DNA of 64,000 nucleotides from Pseudomonadota bacterium (GTDB lineage Bacteria > Desulfobacterota > Desulfobacteria > Desulfobacterales > Desulfobacteraceae). Position numbers and translations under genes: made by a program. Location: the NCBI GenBank assembly GCA_018821715.1, contig JAHJLN010000208.1, positions 3,863-67,862 of the forward strand. The letters run 5' to 3'. Below, one piece after another: positions 58,438-64,000 of this stretch (position 1 is the first letter of the stretch; each line of letters begins with the position of its first letter). The notes beneath the pieces are model-generated. The model was not told where the DNA came from. It worked only from the letters and a program-made list of their open reading frames with translations, and did not search any database.

Positions 58438-59302
58438 TGGTCTCCATTGACGGGAAAAGGTCTCCTGCTGCTGCCGTAATCCTGACAAGGAAAAAAAAGG
58501 TCAGCACAGGCAGAATAATCACCTGGATTAAAAACATCCCCACATATAAAAAGGTCAGGGCAAGCAGATTTTCTATTATTTTACCGGTATTGTCCATCAT
58601 TGCGGCAAGAGCGGCTTTAAAGGCCGATGATTTTTGTTTTAAAAAAGCGGCACTGTTCTCAATTGTTCCCATAAAGCCGTCTATTTCAGGAAATGAAATT
58701 TCTTTAAAGCTGTCCAGTTCAGAAGACCCCATGGCCAGTTCCTTGTTGGCTTCAGAGATCTGTGCCATAAAAAAATGGGTGTGTATGGCTTCATTTGCCA
58801 TTGAGGACAGGGGCAGGCAAAACCGAGCAATCAGAATGAGCAAAGCGATTCGAGCAAGGGTTGTCTGAAAACCCTTGAACCGGTCAGTCCTGCACCAGGA
58901 CAAAAGAATCAGGGCAAACAGGAAAAAAGACAGCACAGGCGGCACAACAGAGACACTGATCTCATAGGCAAGTTTTTGAACCCCCAATGATGTGATTGCC
59001 GTCACCAGTACATCAGACAGACGTTCGGTCATATCGTCAATGGGATCCAGAGCCTGTCCGACAGCCAGGGACATTCCAATGCCGGCCGGTTCCAGCTGAA
59101 GGGTGGATTCTTTTATAATGGAAACCGAGGCATTGATCACCCTGCAGGTGGCATAGGCAATCCCTGCTTTTGCAACAGACTCGCGAAAATAATGATCCGC
59201 TGTCGTATCCAGGACAGGAAGCCTTATTCCGGAAGAAAAGAACAGGGCTGCGGCCAGGCAGATTCCCAAAACAGATTGGATGATTTTTTTTTGGGAGGTC
59301 AT
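58427..59302 (-). CDS. Conserved membrane protein of unknown function
   Basis: 291 aa, several TM segments, YATCRVINA...GQALDPIDDMTER. Confidence 0.75.
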   Translation of the reverse strand: MTSQKKIIQSVLGICLAAALFFSSGIRLPVLDTTADHYFRESVAKAGIAYATCRVINASVSIIKESTLQLEPAGIGMSLAVGQALDPIDDMTERLSDVLVTAITSLGVQKLAYEISVSVVPPVLSFFLFALILLSWCRTDRFKGFQTTLARIALLILIARFCLPLSSMANEAIHTHFFMAQISEANKELAMGSSELDSFKEISFPEIDGFMGTIENSAAFLKQKSSAFKAALAAMMDNTGKIIENLLALTFLYVGMFLIQVIILPVLTFFFLVRITAAAGDLFPSMETNGD

Positions 59303-60330
59303 TTTTCTCTCCAGTTAAAATTAAACTGCCTGTCCAATTCAGCGGCTGAATAAAAGACCCGGGTCTGTTCTATTTCATGAACCAGTTTTACCACTGTGGC
59401 ATTGTATGGAGCTGGAACACCTAATTTTTTCCCCAGCGTTACAAATTCACCATTCAGGTAGTCTATCTCGGTTTTATTCCCTTTTTGCAAACTCTGCAAG
59501 GTGGATGTAACAACTTTTTTGTTGCCTTTGGATGGGATGGCAAATTGCAAAAGAAATGCAGCCACAGGTGTTGGAAGACTTATCAGGGCTTTAAATGCAG
59601 ACAGAGGAATCCCCGGAAGCCGGGCCAGCCCGATGCCGGCCTTATCTAAAAGCATGAGTGCTTCTTTTAATATCATGACCCCGATACGCCGAAGCCGCCG
59701 GTCTTGCATATATTCTCCAAGGGACAAGCCTGTCATGGCATCAATTCCGTTAGCCATGGCATTGATCAACAGTTTTGTCCACTGTGCGCCCCTGATATCA
59801 TCACTGATAGTGGTATCACAGATAGGGTTCAAAAGGGATCTAATGTCATCAATGACTTTTTTGTTTTCCCCAGACGCCTTCCCGATGATGATCGGCTCTT
59901 TGTTCATGCAGGTCACGGTTCCGGGAGTGACAAACCGTGCATTCAAAAGCAGAATACAAGAGACGATATCGTGTTTTCCCAGAATGCCTGAAGCGATATC
60001 GATACTGCGGACACCGTTCTGCATCAGCACGACAGGGACACCCGCCGCGTTAGGCTTGATATCCCTGCAGGCACTTTCCAGATCCTGGGTCTTTACGGCT
60101 AAAAAAATGATATCCGGTTTGAATGCCAACTGCTCTGCTGTTTTGATGGCAATTGTATATTCACCCAGGACACCATCAATGAACAGTCCGTTTGACTGAA
60201 CAGCCGTGATATGATCTTTTCTGCCGATCAGCGTAACATCCTGGCCATGGCAGGCCAGGATTCCGCCTATAAGGCTTCCAACGGCTCCTGCGCCCATGAC
60301 AGCGATTTTCTTTTTACCGATATTGTTCAT
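59299..60330 (-). CDS. Ketopantoate reductase (PanE/ApbA) family oxidoreductase
   Basis: GAGAVG, LAVKT, MQNG, WTKLLIN, STLQS, TEIDYLNG; start ATG 60330. Confidence 0.88.
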   Translation of the reverse strand: MNNIGKKKIAVMGAGAVGSLIGGILACHGQDVTLIGRKDHITAVQSNGLFIDGVLGEYTIAIKTAEQLAFKPDIIFLAVKTQDLESACRDIKPNAAGVPVVLMQNGVRSIDIASGILGKHDIVSCILLLNARFVTPGTVTCMNKEPIIIGKASGENKKVIDDIRSLLNPICDTTISDDIRGAQWTKLLINAMANGIDAMTGLSLGEYMQDRRLRRIGVMILKEALMLLDKAGIGLARLPGIPLSAFKALISLPTPVAAFLLQFAIPSKGNKKVVTSTLQSLQKGNKTEIDYLNGEFVTLGKKLGVPAPYNATVVKLVHEIEQTRVFYSAAELDRQFNFNWREK

Positions 60331-61669
60331 GTTCCCTTGCAAATTTTGTCCTGTCGTTATTATTGTTTTTAGCATCTTCAGGAAAATGCCGGGAGGATTT
60401 CCAAAAACAGAAAAATCCAATGATGCCTAAACTGCTGATGATCAACAGTGCACATGCAAGTCCGTTTGCGCCGCCGCCCAGCCTGTCCGACAGATAACCG
60501 GTAAGGGTCGGAGACCAGGCCCCGCCGAAAATAAGGATAATGGTTAATCCCAATCCCCATACCATACCTTTTGTATCCCGGCTCACAACAGATTGAGTCG
60601 CTGCCATTACTGCAGGATTTACTGCAGCGCTTGCTGCACAGAATAATGAAAACAGCACTAGGGCAACTCCCCCCTTGATACTGAAGTCACCTTCCCAATG
60701 ATCAGGGAAAAAAACAACACATAAAAGTGATGCCATAATTGCCGCTGTACTCAAAAGGACCATAACGGCTGCGAAAAACATTCTGCCGGCAGGATGTTTT
60801 TTTTGCCATTTATCTGCGATACTCCCTCCCAGCAAAACCCCGGGCACTGCGAAAGCCCCGGTCGCCGCCATAAACAATCCTGCCATGTCTTCTCCTATTT
60901 GAAATTTTCTCATGATCAATGCAGGACTCCAGGTTAACACGGCAAAGGCCAGGGCTGTAAACAATGAATAACCAGCATAAAACCATACCAGGGTAGGAAT
61001 TTCAAGTAATGATTTTACCTTGGCGGTCAATCCCTTTTTTTCCCCTGTGGCAGCTGGTGTAAAGGCAGTGGAATAGTCCTGCATAAAAAAGGCTGCAAAT
61101 CCGATCAGGATGCCGGGTACGGCAAAAACAAAAAACGGGGTTTTCCATCCGCCATGGTGGGCTGAAAGATATCCGCCCAATATCAACCCCAAAGAGATGC
61201 CGATAATTTGAAACAGGTTGAAAATTCCCATTTTTTTTGCCAGGATATCTTCGGGGAAACTGCTGCTGATCAGGGCCATCCCGGCGGATGAAAAACCGGC
61301 CTGCCCGACCCCTGTCATCAAGTGTGGAATAAAGATTCCTAAAAAACTTTTCCCCATACCTGTAAAAAAGGTGGCAATGCTCCAGAAAATGGCCATTATG
61401 CCGATGCTTTTTTTCCTGCTCCACTGGTCGGCCATAAAAGAAAACGGTATGGCAAAAACCGCCACCCCCATAAACAGAGAAGTTGTTATCCAGCCGGCCT
61501 GGGCATCGGTTAAGCCAAGGTCAATTTTCATGGGCTCAAGAACCACTGAAAGAACCTGTCGATCCATAAAATTAATCATCCAGAGAAGTGAGCATATTAC
61601 CAATACAAAGGTTGCTTTAGGGCCGCCAACCTCAAAATGTACAGCTGCCTTGTTTGTTTTAATTTCCAT
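60314..61669 (-). CDS. MFS transporter (spinster-like)
   Basis: NFMDRQVLS, ADQWSRKK motif A, about 12 TM. Confidence 0.92.
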   Translation of the reverse strand: MEIKTNKAAVHFEVGGPKATFVLVICSLLWMINFMDRQVLSVVLEPMKIDLGLTDAQAGWITTSLFMGVAVFAIPFSFMADQWSRKKSIGIMAIFWSIATFFTGMGKSFLGIFIPHLMTGVGQAGFSSAGMALISSSFPEDILAKKMGIFNLFQIIGISLGLILGGYLSAHHGGWKTPFFVFAVPGILIGFAAFFMQDYSTAFTPAATGEKKGLTAKVKSLLEIPTLVWFYAGYSLFTALAFAVLTWSPALIMRKFQIGEDMAGLFMAATGAFAVPGVLLGGSIADKWQKKHPAGRMFFAAVMVLLSTAAIMASLLCVVFFPDHWEGDFSIKGGVALVLFSLFCAASAAVNPAVMAATQSVVSRDTKGMVWGLGLTIILIFGGAWSPTLTGYLSDRLGGGANGLACALLIISSLGIIGFFCFWKSSRHFPEDAKNNNNDRTKFAREHEQYR

Positions 61670-61806
61670 CTTGATCTGCCCCCTTGCTATTTAAAACCCA
61701 TTGTATTTGGACGATTTTTTTAATAGTATAAAATAATTTACAGGAACCACAATGACGATAAGGGGCAATAAAGAAACAATTCGGTGCAAAAAAGGCTTGC
61801 AACCCC

Positions 61807-62847
61807 ATGCGTGATACCTTAACCATAGATACAGCACCTGTTCTCGGCCATTTCTGTATACTGGCCGATCATGGCATCCCTGTTGAAGCACTTGAAACAG
61901 CAGTGGGAATGACCCGGGACATGCTTGAAAAAAAAGATGCCAGGGTGCCTTTTCTGAGCAATATTAAATTGATTGAAACAGGGATACAGGTTCTGGGGCC
62001 TGCGACTCCTTTGATGCTCGGCAGCAGGATCAGCCTTGAAAAACTGGGGGCCTGCGGTCATATTTTCAAACATTGCGAGAATTTAGAAGAGGTGTTACAC
62101 CAGTTTCTTCGATATCAAAAACTGCTGTATGCCGTCTCTGGGTTTTCAATCACCCAGACCCCGCATTCCGTCATCATTGTCCATGCTGTAAAAATACCCC
62201 TGTTTAAGGGTTACAACCGCATCCTGGTGGAACTGGCATTCTCATCAATCATCACGGCGATGCAAGCGTTGACCGGAAAACAGGTAATTGCCCGTGAGAT
62301 ACGGTTTGCCCATGAAAAACCCGGCCATGTCAAAGCTTATCAAGACATCTTCCGCGCTCCGCTCCGGTTTGACCAGGAAAACGACATGATGGTATTGGAC
62401 AAAATCCAATTAACAGTATCCATTCCCAGCAGCCATGCCTATATAAAAGATACATTGACACAGCATGCAGATGGGTTGCTGATAACTGTCGCATCAGGCT
62501 CCCGGTTGACAGATAGGGTCAAAGACCTTGTCAGGGAGAATTTACATAAAGGACATGTTGATATTGAGATGATATCTGAAAAATTGAATATGAGCCGGTG
62601 GACCCTGACCCGGAAATTGAAAAAAGAAGGCATTACCTTCAAGCATCTCATGGACTCGCTCAAGATGGAGCTTGCCCGACATTACCTTGTGCATACGCCT
62701 TTGTCCATTACAGATATTGCTTTTTTACTGGGATATTCAGAAACAAGCGTTTTCAGCCGTGCTTTTAAGAACTGGACCAGAGAAAATCCGTCCCAATTTA
62801 AACAAAAACTTTTCCAGGTCATGCCGGGACAGGTGACCGGGTCATGA
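61807..62847 (+). CDS. AraC family regulator (Arabinose_bd_2/OruR-type)
   Basis: N-terminal ligand domain, C-terminal MSRWTLTRKL...IAFLLGYSETSVFSRAFKNW. Confidence 0.92.
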   Translation: MRDTLTIDTAPVLGHFCILADHGIPVEALETAVGMTRDMLEKKDARVPFLSNIKLIETGIQVLGPATPLMLGSRISLEKLGACGHIFKHCENLEEVLHQFLRYQKLLYAVSGFSITQTPHSVIIVHAVKIPLFKGYNRILVELAFSSIITAMQALTGKQVIAREIRFAHEKPGHVKAYQDIFRAPLRFDQENDMMVLDKIQLTVSIPSSHAYIKDTLTQHADGLLITVASGSRLTDRVKDLVRENLHKGHVDIEMISEKLNMSRWTLTRKLKKEGITFKHLMDSLKMELARHYLVHTPLSITDIAFLLGYSETSVFSRAFKNWTRENPSQFKQKLFQVMPGQVTGS

Positions 62848-63006
62848 TGTCATGAAGCAATCTGCTCAGTTCTTTCATGTAATAAAGTTCGGCTATGGAA
62901 CCTCTAAGCCCGAATTTTTATAATTCATGATGAAAAGGGATTGATTTTTCTATCCGCCCTCATTAAGATTAACCCTGATTTTAATATAACAAGGAGGCTG
63001 TGTAAG

Positions 63007-63426
63007 TTGAAAAGCAAAATAAATATTCTATTCATTATATTGTCTATGACTTTAATTTTCATGCCCGCATGGGCCCTGGATTTTGAGCCGGGACAATATG
63101 AAATAACATCTAAAATTGATATGCCTGGAATGCCTGCCACTATTCCTCCTCAGACAATAATCCAGTGTATGACTGACCAAGACCCTGTACCCAATTCAAA
63201 CCTGGAAAATCAGGATTGTAAAATTACCAATATGAAACAGACTAAAACCACAGTTTCATGGGAATTGGAGTGTGTTCAGCAAGGTCAAAAAATGACCAGC
63301 ACCGGCCAGATGACGTATAAAGGTGATGCCTTTGAAGGAACTATTCAAACCAATTTAGGTCCTAATGCTGGGAATATGGTTATGACCACAGTTATTACCG
63401 GCAAACGGCTTTCGAATTGTGAATAA
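63007..63426 (+). CDS. DUF3617 family exported protein
   Basis: Signal peptide, PGQYEITS, QC, DC, ELEC, GKRLSNC; TTG 63007 with AAGGAGG RBS. Confidence 0.82.
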   Translation: MKSKINILFIILSMTLIFMPAWALDFEPGQYEITSKIDMPGMPATIPPQTIIQCMTDQDPVPNSNLENQDCKITNMKQTKTTVSWELECVQQGQKMTSTGQMTYKGDAFEGTIQTNLGPNAGNMVMTTVITGKRLSNCE

Positions 63427-63511
63427 ATTATATTTTCACCTCATATTCTTGGACCAACCATTATTGCGATAGTTGGGCTGAAATGAGACCTTGGAAGTAC
63501 GATTTTTTTTA

Positions 63512-63660
63512 ATGAAAAACCACTTGAAAATGAACTGAATATTTCAGCTCCAGTAGATAAGGTTTTTAAATGGTTCATTAATCTAGATTCAAATTATTTG
63601 AATTGGCATCCGAAAACACATGAAGAATTTGTATGGCTTTCAAAAAAGCCAATTCAACAT
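63512..63660 (+). pseudogene. SRPBCC-family gene fragment (frameshifted near start, truncated)
   Basis: ENELNISAPVDKVFKWFINLDSNYLNWHPKTHEEFVW is out of frame with ATG 63512. Confidence 0.55.
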
Positions 63661-63832
63661 CACTCCACGCTACTCATAAATTCGGTTGTGATCTGCCAAT
63701 TGAACAAAACCGCTTCGCGGAGAGGTAAAGCTGACGGGCGTTGACAGGTCATTCCGGCAACCCCGGATAATTCCCTTTATATTTAACAAAGAACCATGGA
63801 CATGCCCCCCTGCTGATGTCTTATAATCAAAA

Positions 63833-64000
63833 CTATGCTGATGTGCACAGTTCCATTTTTATTGCACTATCAGGACATTTAGTAACACAAAGACCGCACC
63901 CATAGCATTTTTTATTATCATAGATTACCTCACCATCTTTTATGACCCAAGCCCCAAACACACATCGCTCTGTGCAAATTCCGCATTGTGTGCATTGATC
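63833..64000 (-). CDS. 3' end of a 2x[4Fe-4S] ferredoxin-domain protein entering from the right edge
   Basis: DQCTQCGICTERCVFGA...KCYGCGLCVTKCPDSAI, then TAG at 63835-63833. Confidence 0.88.
   Translation of the reverse strand, partial: DQCTQCGICTERCVFGAWVIKDGEVIYDNKKCYGCGLCVTKCPDSAIKMELCTSA

Noticed and set aside
1491-62663. Numerous 60-230 aa ORFs antisense to or nested in recognised genes
   Set aside because: They overlap well-supported CDSs and have no motifs; treated as shadow ORFs.
1-64000. CRISPR arrays, tRNA/rRNA, IS transposases, integrases, prophage genes
   Set aside because: No regularly spaced repeats, RNA-gene signatures or corresponding protein motifs were seen by eye.

Overview
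A 64 kb chromosomal window, probably from a sulfate-reducing Desulfobacteraceae-like bacterium (inferred from gene content and protein style, not from a database search). Housekeeping genes (TraB family, recN, gltA, lhr, upp, priA) are interleaved with accessory modules. (1) A 1.47 kb islet bounded by an 85-bp direct repeat splits gltA from a glycerophosphodiesterase gene. (2) A TetR-led operon encodes a fold-III PLP aldolase-like enzyme, a GMC oxidoreductase and an N-terminally extended aldehyde dehydrogenase. (3) An AT-rich patch of integron-cassette relics has degenerate attC sites and no integrase in the window. (4) A 14 kb atu-like (acyclic terpene/branched acyl-CoA) catabolic cluster. 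(5) A cobalamin-riboswitch operon has a Na+:solute symporter in front of bzaC-bzaD-bzaE-like genes, with no bzaA/B/F or cobT; this is the best candidate for an undescribed system (benzimidazole lower-ligand salvage). (6) Several internally deleted pseudogenes or gene fragments (bioB, cbiK, a methyltransferase, an AAA ATPase, an SRPBCC protein). No rRNA, tRNA, CRISPR array or intact transposase/integrase was seen. All family assignments come from motif recognition by eye.
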